A stretch of DNA of 64,000 bases from an uncultured Actinomycetota bacterium (lineage in GTDB: Bacteria > Actinomycetota > UBA4738 > HRBIN12). Location of the stretch: assembly GCA_963762745.1 (NCBI GenBank), contig CAVXMB010000002.1:291043-355042 (forward strand), written 5' to 3'. The notes under the pieces were generated by a model, which was not told the origin of the DNA, ran no database searches, and saw nothing but the letters and a program-made list of their open reading frames with translations. The translations under genes were made by a program, and so were the position numbers. This document shows positions 1-7,845 of the stretch, piece after piece. The first letter of the stretch is position 1, and every line of letters starts with the position of its first letter.

Positions 1-16
1 AAGATATCCACCGGCC

Positions 17-1444
17 TCACACCAGCCCTCGCACGCGTCCCCGGATGATCCTGGTGAGGTCCTGGACCTGGCGGAAGGTGTCGTCGCGCGACCGCATCTC
101 GTCCTCGACCTTCTTGATGCCGTGGAGGGCCGTCGTGTGATCGCGTCCCCCGAAGATCTCGCCGATCTTCACCAAGGAGAGCCCGGTGCATTCGCGCATC
201 AGGTACATCGCGATGTGCCTGGCCTGCGTGAGCGGGCGCGAGCGTGACTTGGAGACCAGATCGCCGGTCGAGAGCTGGAAGTAGGTGGCCGTCTCTTCCA
301 TGATCAGCGGCGGCGGGATCTCGTGCTCCGTCTGAGGTATCAGGTCCTGAAGCGCTCTCTCGGCGAGCTCGATGTCGATCGGCTGGCGTGTGAGCTCCGA
401 CCATGCCACCACACGCACGAGGGCGCCTTCGAGCTCACGGACCGACTGGTCGAACTTCGAAGCGACGAACTCGATCACCTCGGGCACGACGGCGGGGATG
501 TTCTCCCGTTCCGCCTTCAGCTGCAGGATCGCGATTCGCGTCTCGAGGTCAGGCGGCTGCACGTCCACGCACAGGCCCCACCGGAACCGGCTCACCAGCC
601 GTTCTTCGAGGCCCGACAGCTCGTGCGGCGGCCGGTCCGACGCGATCACGATCTGGCGGCCGGCGCCGTGCAGATGGTTGAACGTGTGGAAGAACTCCGT
701 CTGCGTCTCCTCGCGCTTCGCGAGGAACTGGATGTCGTCGACGAGGAGGATGTCGACCTCTCGGTACTTGTGACGGAACGCGTCGCCCTGTCGTTCTCGG
801 ACCGCCTTGATGAACTCCGTCACGAACTGTTCGGAGGTCACGTACTTGATCCGGCTGTCCGGCATCAGACGCCAGATGTGATGACCGATCGCGAGCAGCA
901 GGTGCGTCTTGCCCAGGCCCGTGCCGCCGTAGATGAAGAGCGGGTTGTAGGCCGTCGACAGCGGGGCTTCGGCGACCGCCATCGCGGCCGCGTGCGCGAA
1001 CCGGCTGGACGGGCCCGGCACGAACGCGTCGAACGTGTAGTTGGGGAAGGGGAGGCCGGGTGCACCCAGGGGCTTTCCCGCGACGGGTGCAGGCGCGGGT
1101 GCGGGTGGCGCGCCGATCGCCGCGTACGCCGCCGGGGGCGTCGACATATCGACGAGCGGGCCCTCCTCGTGGCGGATCGCCTCGTCCACCTCCATCTCGA
1201 TCTTCACCCGACGCCCGAAGGCCTCAGCCGCGGCTTCCTCGATGAGTCCAAGATGATTGTGCTGCAGACGTTCTCTTACGAACTGGCTGGGAACGGCAAG
1301 CGAAAGGACCTCCTCGCGGAGACCGATCGGACGCACGTCGGTGAACCACATCAAGAACGTGGTCTCCGGCAGCTCGGTTCGCGCTCGGTCCAAGACCACC
1401 GACCATGTTCGCCGAGCTTCTTGATCGGGCAATGCCACGGCCAT
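17..1444 (-). CDS. dnaA: Chromosomal replication initiator protein DnaA
   Basis: ORF 17..1717. AAA+ Walker A GGTGLGKTHLL and a C-terminal DnaA-box-binding domain. Start set to ATG 1444 (MAVALPDQEARRTW...) because the upstream part of the ORF is Arg/Pro-rich and looks non-coding. Confidence 0.93.
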   Translation of the reverse strand: MAVALPDQEARRTWSVVLDRARTELPETTFLMWFTDVRPIGLREEVLSLAVPSQFVRERLQHNHLGLIEEAAAEAFGRRVKIEMEVDEAIRHEEGPLVDMSTPPAAYAAIGAPPAPAPAPVAGKPLGAPGLPFPNYTFDAFVPGPSSRFAHAAAMAVAEAPLSTAYNPLFIYGGTGLGKTHLLLAIGHHIWRLMPDSRIKYVTSEQFVTEFIKAVRERQGDAFRHKYREVDILLVDDIQFLAKREETQTEFFHTFNHLHGAGRQIVIASDRPPHELSGLEERLVSRFRWGLCVDVQPPDLETRIAILQLKAERENIPAVVPEVIEFVASKFDQSVRELEGALVRVVAWSELTRQPIDIELAERALQDLIPQTEHEIPPPLIMEETATYFQLSTGDLVSKSRSRPLTQARHIAMYLMRECTGLSLVKIGEIFGGRDHTTALHGIKKVEDEMRSRDDTFRQVQDLTRIIRGRVRGLV

Positions 1445-1448
1445 CTGA

Positions 1449-1574
1449 GATTCCACAGAGCCTTTCCACACCGGTGGATAAACCACACCCGGGGGGTCTT
1501 GGGGTCGGAGGTCGCCGGGGGCCCCATCACCCCGGGGAAGTGCGGGCCGGACTATAGCACCGGGTTTTTCCACA
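1449..1574. promoter_or_regulatory. Cluster of DnaA-box-like 9-mers in the dnaA-rpmH intergenic region
   Basis: GATTCCACA 1449-1457, CTTTCCACA 1462-1470, GGTGGATAA 1473-1481 (rc TTATCCACC) and TTTTCCACA 1566-1574. Each has 1-2 mismatches to TTATCCACA or TTGTCCACA. Confidence 0.5.
1551..1559 (-). promoter_or_regulatory. Candidate dnaA promoter, extended -10 (TGcTATAGT on the minus strand)
   Basis: The reverse complement of 1551..1559 reads TGCTATAGT, about 100 nt upstream of the dnaA ATG. The DnaA box at 1566-1574 sits where a -35 element would be. Confidence 0.3.
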
Positions 1575-1697
1575 ATACGAGGTGCTCTCACCCTCTTGAC
1601 GCACTTTCCGTTGTCAACCCCTCCATCCAGGGATGTTTCCGTATACTTCCTCTTCGGCCGGCGGGCAGCCGGCCTTCCTTTCGCAAGGGATCTGACG

Positions 1698-1847
1698 ATG
1701 GCCAAGGGAAAGCGCACGTATCAGCCGAACACCCGCCGCCGGGCGAAGACCCACGGCTTCCGTCTTCGGATGCGAACGCGGGCGGGCCGGGCGATCCTCG
1801 CCGCGCGGCGGCGGAAGGGCCGCAGCCGCCTCAGCGTTTCCGGCTGA
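1698..1847 (+). CDS. rpmH: 50S ribosomal protein L34
   Basis: [34 protein letters not shown]... ATG 1698 is preceded by AAGGGA. Confidence 0.95.
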   Translation: MAKGKRTYQPNTRRRAKTHGFRLRMRTRAGRAILAARRRKGRSRLSVSG

Positions 1848-1855
1848 GCGAGACG

Positions 1856-2161
1856 GTGCGCACCGGGGGGATCCAGCGGGTCTTCCGTGACGGTCAGCCG
1901 GTTCACGGGAAGCGAGTCGTCCTGTTCGTCGCGCCCGGCTCCGGGGAAGTCGCGCTGGTCGCCGGCAAGAAGATCGGCGGCTCGGTGCAGCGGAACCGAG
2001 CTCGGAGGGTCCTCCGGGCGGCGCTCCACGAGGTCGCACCGCGGGGGTTCGAGGGACGAGACGTCGTCGTCGTGGCTCGCGAGGCGATGCGGCACGCCCG
2101 AACCCAGGAGCTGATCGCGGAGATGACCGAGCTCCTCGAGCGTCCGGAGACGATCCGATGA
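1856..2161 (+). CDS. rnpA: Ribonuclease P protein component
   Basis: Tail of ORF 323..2161 with the motif [21 protein letters not shown]. The start is uncertain (GTG 1856, or CTG 1844 overlapping the rpmH stop). The stop overlaps the yidD ATG (ATGA). Confidence 0.8.
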   Translation: MRTGGIQRVFRDGQPVHGKRVVLFVAPGSGEVALVAGKKIGGSVQRNRARRVLRAALHEVAPRGFEGRDVVVVAREAMRHARTQELIAEMTELLERPETIR

Positions 2162-2478
2162 TGGTCGTTCGACGATCCCTGTGGGTCCTCGGGGCGCCCG
2201 CGCGGATGCTCCTCCTCGGTGCGATCGGGCTGTACCGGATCACGTTGGCCGGCTGGCTCGGTGGCCAGTGCCGGTTCTCCCCCACCTGCTCCCACTACGC
2301 CGAGCAGGCGATCCGAACCCACGGGGCCCTCCGAGGCTCGGTCTTGGCATCGGGACGTATCCTGCGCTGCAATCCTTTCGGGCGAGGCGGTCCCGATCCG
2401 GTCCCTCCTCGGGGGCCTTCGTATGATGTCGCCATACAAACACCCTCCTCCGACTTGAGCGAGCTCCATGCTGGCTGA
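2158..2478 (+). CDS. yidD: Membrane protein insertion efficiency factor YidD
   Basis: [46 protein letters not shown] signature. Confidence 0.9.
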   Translation: MMVVRRSLWVLGAPARMLLLGAIGLYRITLAGWLGGQCRFSPTCSHYAEQAIRTHGALRGSVLASGRILRCNPFGRGGPDPVPPRGPSYDVAIQTPSSDLSELHAG

Positions 2479-3604
2479 GATCGGTCCCTTCCAGGCGCTG
2501 CTCGACGCCATCGGCTGGCTGCTCGCCTGGCTCTACGACCTGACCGGGAACTTCGGCTTCGCGATCATCATCCTGACGATCGTCTTCCGCATCGTCCTCC
2601 TCCCGCTCGGCATCAAGCAGATCAAGTCGATGCAGGCGATGCAGGCCCTCCAGCCGAAGATCAAGGAGATCCAGAAGAAGTACAAGGGGAACAAGCAGAA
2701 GGTCCAAGAGCAGACCATGAAGCTGTATCAGGAGTACGGGGTCAACCCGCTCGGTGGTTGTCTCCCCCTCCTCTTGCAGTTCCCCATCCTCATCGCGATG
2801 TACTCGGTCATCCGCGCGCCGGTCCCCTTGCCAGCCGACCCCGAGAACCCGGCCGTGGTCGAGTACAAGGACAACCATCTCCCCGAGGACTCTCAGCTCT
2901 TCGCCGACATCACCCAGCACGAGGGCCGAGGACAGCACTTCCTCTTGTTGAACCTCCAGTGTTCTCCGCAGCAAGCCGGCAAGACCGTCCCGGTCCTGAA
3001 CACGGAGCGGAAGGAGACCCCCGATTCACTCAACTGCGGCGACTCGATGCCGGATCGGATCCCCTACTACCTCATCCTCGCGCTGATGATCGGGACGACC
3101 TACTACTCGAGCCGACAGACGCAGAAGGCCACCCCTGCTTCGGCGCAGAACCCACAGACGAAAGTCATCACAAGGGTGATGCCGTTGATGTTCGGCATCT
3201 TCGGTTTCGGATTCCCGACCGGACTCGTGCTCTATTGGACCGTGTCCAACCTCTTCCAGATCGGCCAGCAGGCGGTCATGCTCCGGCTGGGGCATATCGG
3301 GCCGGAGGCCATGGATCGGCGTCTCACCGAGGTGAAGTCGAAAGCCTCGACCAAGACCGAGAAGCCGCGCGGCGGTTTCATGGGGAAGATGATGGAGCGA
3401 GCCGACCAAGAGCGGAAGCGTCGCCAAGGCGAGGAGACCACGCTTCGGAAGCCCCCACCTCGGACACCGGGGAAGGGACAGACGGGCTCGGGCAAGGGCG
3501 GTTCGGGCAAGGGCACGAAAGGCGGCTCGGGCAAGGGCACGAAAGGCGGTTCGGGGCGGCCGAAGGGCTCGGGCCCGAATCGCCCGAAGCGGCCTGGGAG
3601 GTAG
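2468..3604 (+). CDS. yidC: Membrane protein insertase YidC (Oxa1 family) with a Lys/Gly-rich C-terminal tail
   Basis: Multi-TM protein. Conserved [14 protein letters not shown] and [17 protein letters not shown] motifs. The position after yidD is conserved. Confidence 0.95.
   Translation: MLAEIGPFQALLDAIGWLLAWLYDLTGNFGFAIIILTIVFRIVLLPLGIKQIKSMQAMQALQPKIKEIQKKYKGNKQKVQEQTMKLYQEYGVNPLGGCLPLLLQFPILIAMYSVIRAPVPLPADPENPAVVEYKDNHLPEDSQLFADITQHEGRGQHFLLLNLQCSPQQAGKTVPVLNTERKETPDSLNCGDSMPDRIPYYLILALMIGTTYYSSRQTQKATPASAQNPQTKVITRVMPLMFGIFGFGFPTGLVLYWTVSNLFQIGQQAVMLRLGHIGPEAMDRRLTEVKSKASTKTEKPRGGFMGKMMERADQERKRRQGEETTLRKPPPRTPGKGQTGSGKGGSGKGTKGGSGKGTKGGSGRPKGSGPNRPKRPGR
3488..3556 (+). repeat. 24-bp tandem repeat (2 full copies plus 1 degenerate) encoding the GSGKGTKG tail of YidC
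   Basis: tcgggcaagggcacgaaaggcggc at 3503-3526 and again at 3527-3550 (1 mismatch), with a degenerate copy at 3488-3502. Confidence 0.8.
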
Positions 3605-3608
3605 GGAG

Positions 3609-4133
3609 ATGGAACAGGAACCTGGCGAGGCCACACGCGAGCAGGAAAGCCATTCCTCGGACGAGGGGACCGATCTCGAGGAGCAGGCGGACGCGGTCGC
3701 AGACTTCGTCGAGGAGCTCCTCGAACGGATGGGGATCGACGCTATCGCGGAACCTGTGACCCACCGAGGACACGTCTACGTCGACATCGTCGATGGGCCC
3801 GAGGATGACATGGCGTTGCTCATCGGCCGCCACGGCCAGACGTTGGACGCGATCCAGGAGCTCGCACGTACCTCGGTCGGGCGAAGGCTTGATGACCGGA
3901 TCCGGGTTCTGGTCGACGTCGGGGACTACCGGAAGCGGCAGGAGGACCGGCTCATCGAGCATGCTCGCGAGGTCGCCGACCGAGTTCGAAACAGCGGGGA
4001 AGAAGAGCGCTTGGATCCGATGAATGCCTACGAGCGGAAGCTGGTTCACGACGTCGTCGCCGAGTACGAGGAGCTGGAAAGCGTCTCCGAGGGCGTCGAC
4101 CCGGACAGGTTCGTGGTGGTGCGCGCCGTATAG
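3609..4133 (+). CDS. jag: Jag/KhpB-type RNA-binding protein (KH plus R3H domains)
   Basis: ALLIGRHGQTLDAIQEL (KH) and MNAYERKLVHDVV (R3H). Conserved position after yidC. Confidence 0.85.
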   Translation: MEQEPGEATREQESHSSDEGTDLEEQADAVADFVEELLERMGIDAIAEPVTHRGHVYVDIVDGPEDDMALLIGRHGQTLDAIQELARTSVGRRLDDRIRVLVDVGDYRKRQEDRLIEHAREVADRVRNSGEEERLDPMNAYERKLVHDVVAEYEELESVSEGVDPDRFVVVRAV

Positions 4134-4157
4134 GGATCCACATCCACCCGGAAGGCC

Positions 4158-4754
4158 GTGTTTCACGTGAAACATGAGGGTTGGACCGCTGAAGCGCTCT
4201 CTCCGTCTCAGCTGGCCGCACTGAGTCTCTATGAGGAGCTCCTTCTGGGACAGGCCGTACCCCGGGGCATCGTCGCCGCCTCCGATAGCGCCCACCTCCG
4301 TACCCGCCATATCCAGGACAGCCTTCGGGGGGTTCCGCACATCCCGGCCGATGCCGAGCGGATCGTCGACCTAGGGTCCGGAGCGGGGTTCCCCGGCGTC
4401 CCCATCGCGGTGGCCAGGCCCGATCTGGATGTCACCCTTTCCGAGCCGCGGCAGGCTCGAGCAGCCTTCCTGGAGCTTGTCGTCGAGAAGCTTCAGATTC
4501 CCAACGTTCGGGTCTTCGCCAGCCCGGCGGAGGAGCTCACCGCAGGGTTCGGCGTGTGCCTGGCGAGGGGGTTCGGGGATGTGTTCCGCACCTGGGGGGT
4601 CGCCCGCGTGCTGCTCCAACCGGCGGGAGCCCTGATCTACTGGGCCGGCAAGAGCTTCAGACCCACCGACGTTCCGCAAGACGCCCAGGTGAGAGCCACG
4701 GGGGAAGCGACCCTTGAAAGCGGCGGACCCATCGTTATCATGACCCGACAGTGA
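4158..4754 (+). CDS. rsmG: 16S rRNA (guanine527-N7)-methyltransferase RsmG
   Basis: SAM-binding motif DLGSGAGFPGVPIAV. Conserved position. GTG 4158 (or GTG 4167) as start, so the 5' end overlaps parS. Confidence 0.9.
   Translation: MFHVKHEGWTAEALSPSQLAALSLYEELLLGQAVPRGIVAASDSAHLRTRHIQDSLRGVPHIPADAERIVDLGSGAGFPGVPIAVARPDLDVTLSEPRQARAAFLELVVEKLQIPNVRVFASPAEELTAGFGVCLARGFGDVFRTWGVARVLLQPAGALIYWAGKSFRPTDVPQDAQVRATGEATLESGGPIVIMTRQ
4159..4174. promoter_or_regulatory. parS centromere-like ParB binding site (perfect consensus)
   Basis: TGTTTCACGTGAAACA is a perfect 16-bp palindrome identical to the canonical parS consensus. Confidence 0.85.
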
Positions 4755-6202
4755 GCAAGGCTTCCGCCGGCACGTCTCAGCCAGCTGCACCCTCCACCCC
4801 CCGTGGCTCGACCCCTGCCAAGGTCAAGCGGGCCTCCCGGAAGGAGAAGGCACCGGTCGTCCCCGAGCTGCCTGGCCGGGCTCGGATCATCGCGATCGCG
4901 AATCAGAAGGGTGGGGTCGGGAAGAGCACCACCGCCGTCAGCTTGGGAGCCGCCCTGGCGGATATCGGCTATCGCGTGCTGGTTGCGGATCTCGACCCCC
5001 AGGGCAACGCGTCCACCGGGATGGGGATCCGCCACGACGCCCGCGAGGTCACCGTGTATGACGTCGTGGTGTCCGAAGCCGATATCAAGCTCGCGATCGT
5101 CCCCACTCCCGTCGACCGCCTCCACGCCGTGCCTGCCACGATCGACCTCGCTGGGGCAGAGATCGAGCTCGTATCCCAGTTCTCCCGGGAGTCCAGGCTC
5201 AAGAAGGCGCTCGAGCCGGTCGGAGAGGGTGTGTATGACTTCATCCTCCTCGACTGCCCGCCTTCCCTGGGGCTCCTGACCATCAACGCCCTCACGGCCG
5301 CGGAGGAGCTGATCGTCCCGATCCAATGCGAGTACTACGCGCTCGAGGGGCTTGGGCAGCTGCTCCGCAACGTGTCGCTGGTTCAGCAAAACATCAACTC
5401 GGGCCTGAGGCTCTCGGGCATCGTGATGACGATGTTCGACCCCCGCACCAAGCTTTCCGAGCAGGTCGTCCAGGAGGTGCAGCGATACTTCGGGGACCTC
5501 GTCTACGGCGTCATCATCCCGAGAACGGTTCGACTCTCCGAAGCCCCCGGCTTCGGACAGCCGATCACCGTCTACGACCCCAAGTCGAAAGGTGCCGAGG
5601 CCTACCGCCAGCTCGCCCGAGAGGTGGCGCTCCGCCCGCCACCCGACGCCCCGATGCCGCTGTTCGAGGAGATGCCGATCGCCGTGATGACTCCGATGGA
5701 GGAGATGGTTCCGGGATCAGACGAGATCGACGCCGTCGATGACACGGAGGCTCAGGCCTCCGATGAGCCCAGCGCAGGACCGGCAGCAGAGGCACAACCG
5801 ACAGCAGAGGCGCAACCGGCCGCTTCCCCGGAGTCGGTCGAGGCCCCCTCACCCGCTCCTGTCGAGGAGCCCGCCCGGATCGTTCCCGAGCAGGCCTCCT
5901 CCTCACCGCAGGTGTACCCGGACACATCGGACGAGGACCTGTGGGAAGAGCCTCCACGCGAGCCTGAACCCCGGGTGAAGCCCCCCTCGAGCCCTGCTCC
6001 TCCCGGGGAGCTCCCGCAGCGCAGGGTCGTCGTCATCGACGAGAACCCCGACATCGATATCCAAGCGACGCGTGAAGCGCCGGCTCCCCCGCCGGGGTCG
6101 ACGAACGAAGAGCAAGAAGGGACGACCGACATCGGGGCGACCCTCGATGACGAGCGAGGCCGGAAGCGGCGATGGCGCATGTTCCGGAAGGGAGGCGATT
6201 GA
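4751..6202 (+). CDS. parA: Chromosome partitioning ATPase ParA/Soj with a basic N-terminal tail and an acidic/Pro-rich C-terminal extension of about 185 aa
   Basis: Deviant Walker A IANQKGGVGKSTT. The ParA core spans about aa 45-300 and the ORF stays open to 6202. GTGA overlap with rsmG and TGATG overlap with parB. Confidence 0.88.
   Translation: MSKASAGTSQPAAPSTPRGSTPAKVKRASRKEKAPVVPELPGRARIIAIANQKGGVGKSTTAVSLGAALADIGYRVLVADLDPQGNASTGMGIRHDAREVTVYDVVVSEADIKLAIVPTPVDRLHAVPATIDLAGAEIELVSQFSRESRLKKALEPVGEGVYDFILLDCPPSLGLLTINALTAAEELIVPIQCEYYALEGLGQLLRNVSLVQQNINSGLRLSGIVMTMFDPRTKLSEQVVQEVQRYFGDLVYGVIIPRTVRLSEAPGFGQPITVYDPKSKGAEAYRQLAREVALRPPPDAPMPLFEEMPIAVMTPMEEMVPGSDEIDAVDDTEAQASDEPSAGPAAEAQPTAEAQPAASPESVEAPSPAPVEEPARIVPEQASSSPQVYPDTSDEDLWEEPPREPEPRVKPPSSPAPPGELPQRRVVVIDENPDIDIQATREAPAPPPGSTNEEQEGTTDIGATLDDERGRKRRWRMFRKGGD
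5786..5821 (+). repeat. 18-bp tandem duplication (AEAQPT/AEAQPA) inside the ParA C-terminal extension
   Basis: gcagaggcacaaccgaca followed by gcagaggcgcaaccggcc. Confidence 0.8.
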
Positions 6203-7092
6203 TGTCCAAGCGAGGAGGTCTGGGACGGGGGCTCTCGGCGTTGATCCCCGGCGCGCCGGAGGCCGGAGAGACGAACACGGGACTCCTCGAAGTTCCGGCC
6301 AATGCGATCTCCCCCAACCCGAAGCAGCCGCGAAGCCGGTTCGACGATGAGGCCTTGGCCGAACTCGCCGCGTCGATCCGAGAAGTGGGGATCTTGCAGC
6401 CGATCGTCGTACGCAAGACGACTCAGGGCTACGAGGTCGTCACGGGGGAGCGCCGACTCCGTGCCGCCAAGCTGGCCGGGCTCGCGATGGTCCCGGTCGT
6501 CCTGCGCGATTCGGATGACTCGAACCTCTTGCGCGAAGCCCTCATCGAGAACATCCACCGTGAGGACCTCAACCCGATCGAGCTCGGGGAGGCCTTCCGG
6601 CAACTCCTTGACGAGTTGGGACTCAAGCAGGAGGAGCTGGCCGACCGCGTGGGGGTGTCGCGCTCCCACATCGCCAACACGATCCGGTTGCTCGCGCTCC
6701 CGTTCGAGGTGCAGCAGCTCCTGACCGACGAGAAGATCTCGGCCGGGCACGCACGGGCCCTCCTGGCGCTGGGCGACTCGGACGCGATCACCTCCTTGTC
6801 ACTCCGCGTCGCTGCCGAGGATCTCTCCGTCCGTGAGACCGAGGAGATCGTCCGTCGGTTCATCGAGACGCCGGCCGAGCCCGCACCGAAGAAGAAAGCC
6901 GCGTCGTCCGAGCCGTCGGACGCGAACCTCGCCGAGGTCGAGGAGATCCTGTCGGAGCAACTGGCGACGCGTGTCGTCATCCGGATGGGACGGAGGCGCG
7001 GTCAGGTCGTGATCGACTTCGGCTCGGCAGACGATCTGGAGCGGATCGTCTCCGAGATCATCGGGTCGGGCCCCGGTCTCGCACCCGACTGA
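6202..7092 (+). CDS. parB: Chromosome partitioning protein ParB
   Basis: MSKRGGLGRGLSALIP, GERRLRAAKLAGL (CTP-binding box) and an HTH motif. ATG 6202 is preceded by GGAAGGGAGG. Confidence 0.95.
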   Translation: MSKRGGLGRGLSALIPGAPEAGETNTGLLEVPANAISPNPKQPRSRFDDEALAELAASIREVGILQPIVVRKTTQGYEVVTGERRLRAAKLAGLAMVPVVLRDSDDSNLLREALIENIHREDLNPIELGEAFRQLLDELGLKQEELADRVGVSRSHIANTIRLLALPFEVQQLLTDEKISAGHARALLALGDSDAITSLSLRVAAEDLSVRETEEIVRRFIETPAEPAPKKKAASSEPSDANLAEVEEILSEQLATRVVIRMGRRRGQVVIDFGSADDLERIVSEIIGSGPGLAPD

Positions 7093-7127
7093 ATGACGGC
7101 GTCATACAGACGGCCTCTGACATTCAG
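7089..7127. terminator. Nested inverted repeats between convergent parB and the PLDc_N gene
   Basis: CTGAATG 7089-7095 pairs with CATTCAG 7121-7127. Inner palindrome ATGACGgCGTCAT at 7093-7105. Both stop codons lie in the stem. There is no U-tract. Confidence 0.3.
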
Positions 7128-7390
7128 CTGAGAGCGCCGGGGGGAGGCGGCGGGAGGTTCGATGCCGGCAGCGGTCCGACGGCCCGGTCGTGCGACGGGC
7201 GTCCGACCGCGAAGTAGACGATCGATCCGACGAAGCCACCCAGCAGGATCACCAGCACCCAGATGAGCTTGTTCCCCGCCTTGTACAACGAATCGTCCGG
7301 CACCTTGATGGCATCGACGAGCGCCCAGATCACCAGAACGATGTTCGCGATGAAGAACAACCAGAAGATGACGAAGAGCGACTCGATCAT
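7124..7390 (-). CDS. Small PLDc_N-domain membrane protein, paralog 1
   Basis: MIESLFVIFWLFFIANIVLVIWALVDAIKVPDDSLYKAGNKLIWVLVILLGGFVGSIVYFAVGRP followed by a Pro-rich tail. ATG 7390 lies 5 nt after the stop of paralog 2. Confidence 0.75.
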   Translation of the reverse strand: MIESLFVIFWLFFIANIVLVIWALVDAIKVPDDSLYKAGNKLIWVLVILLGGFVGSIVYFAVGRPSHDRAVGPLPASNLPPPPPGALS

Positions 7391-7395
7391 GGGTG

Positions 7396-7677
7396 TCAAC
7401 CAACCGTGCCGGGTGGTGGTGGTGGTGGTGGTTGGCTCGCCGAGGGTGGCAGTCCTCCCGGCCGACTGCCTGCGGCGGGTCGCCCGACCACCAGGTAGAT
7501 GATCGCGCCGAGTACGCCGGTGATCACGATCACGAGCACCCACACGAGTTTGTTGCCCGCCTTGAACATCGAATCGTCAGGTACCTTGACCACATCGACG
7601 ATGGCCCAGACCCAGACGACGAACGCCGCGATCCCGAGGATGAGGAAGATGGCGATGAGGGGTCCCTCCGATGACAC
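7396..7677 (-). CDS. Small PLDc_N-domain membrane protein, paralog 2
   Basis: Same architecture as paralog 1 (WAIVDVVKVPDDSMFKAGNKLVWVLVIVITGVLGAIIYLVVGRP) with a PPPPPPP tail. GTG 7677 is preceded by GGAAGGAGGG. Confidence 0.75.
   Translation of the reverse strand: MSSEGPLIAIFLILGIAAFVVWVWAIVDVVKVPDDSMFKAGNKLVWVLVIVITGVLGAIIYLVVGRPAAGSRPGGLPPSASQPPPPPPPGTVG
7412..7432. repeat. (GGT)7 microsatellite encoding the hepta-proline run of PLDc_N paralog 2
   Basis: ggtggtggtggtggtggtggt on the plus strand reads CCA x7 in the minus coding frame. Confidence 0.9.
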
Positions 7678-7845
7678 GAGCGCCCTCCTTCCTCGATCTT
7701 CGATGGAGCGTCTCGCAGGGGATAGCCTACCGGCCATGCAGGAGCCACGCCCGTACCCGACCGAGCAGGAGCGAGCCCTTCGAGCGACGTTCCTGGGGGC
7801 GATGTTGGGGGTGCTGCTCGCGCTGCTGGCTCGCGCCAGGCGGCG

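Noticed and set aside
1596-1647. TTGACG (1596-1601) or TTGTCA (1611-1616) paired with TATACT (1642-1647) as the rpmH promoter.
   Set aside because: The spacers are 40 nt and 25 nt, far from the 16-19 nt optimum. TATACT alone may act as a -10, but I cannot support a full promoter call.
323-2161. Very long ORFs antisense or out of frame to recognised genes, for example 323-2161(+), 7727-9013(-), 17367-19262(-), 19202-20818(+), 25976-27604(-), 33707-35593(-, upper part), 41056-42975(+, upper part) and 56778-59801(+).
   Set aside because: These are typical high-GC shadow ORFs. Their translations are Arg/Pro/Gly-rich with no domain signatures, and each overlaps a well-supported gene in another frame. 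Only the segments that match real protein families were kept.
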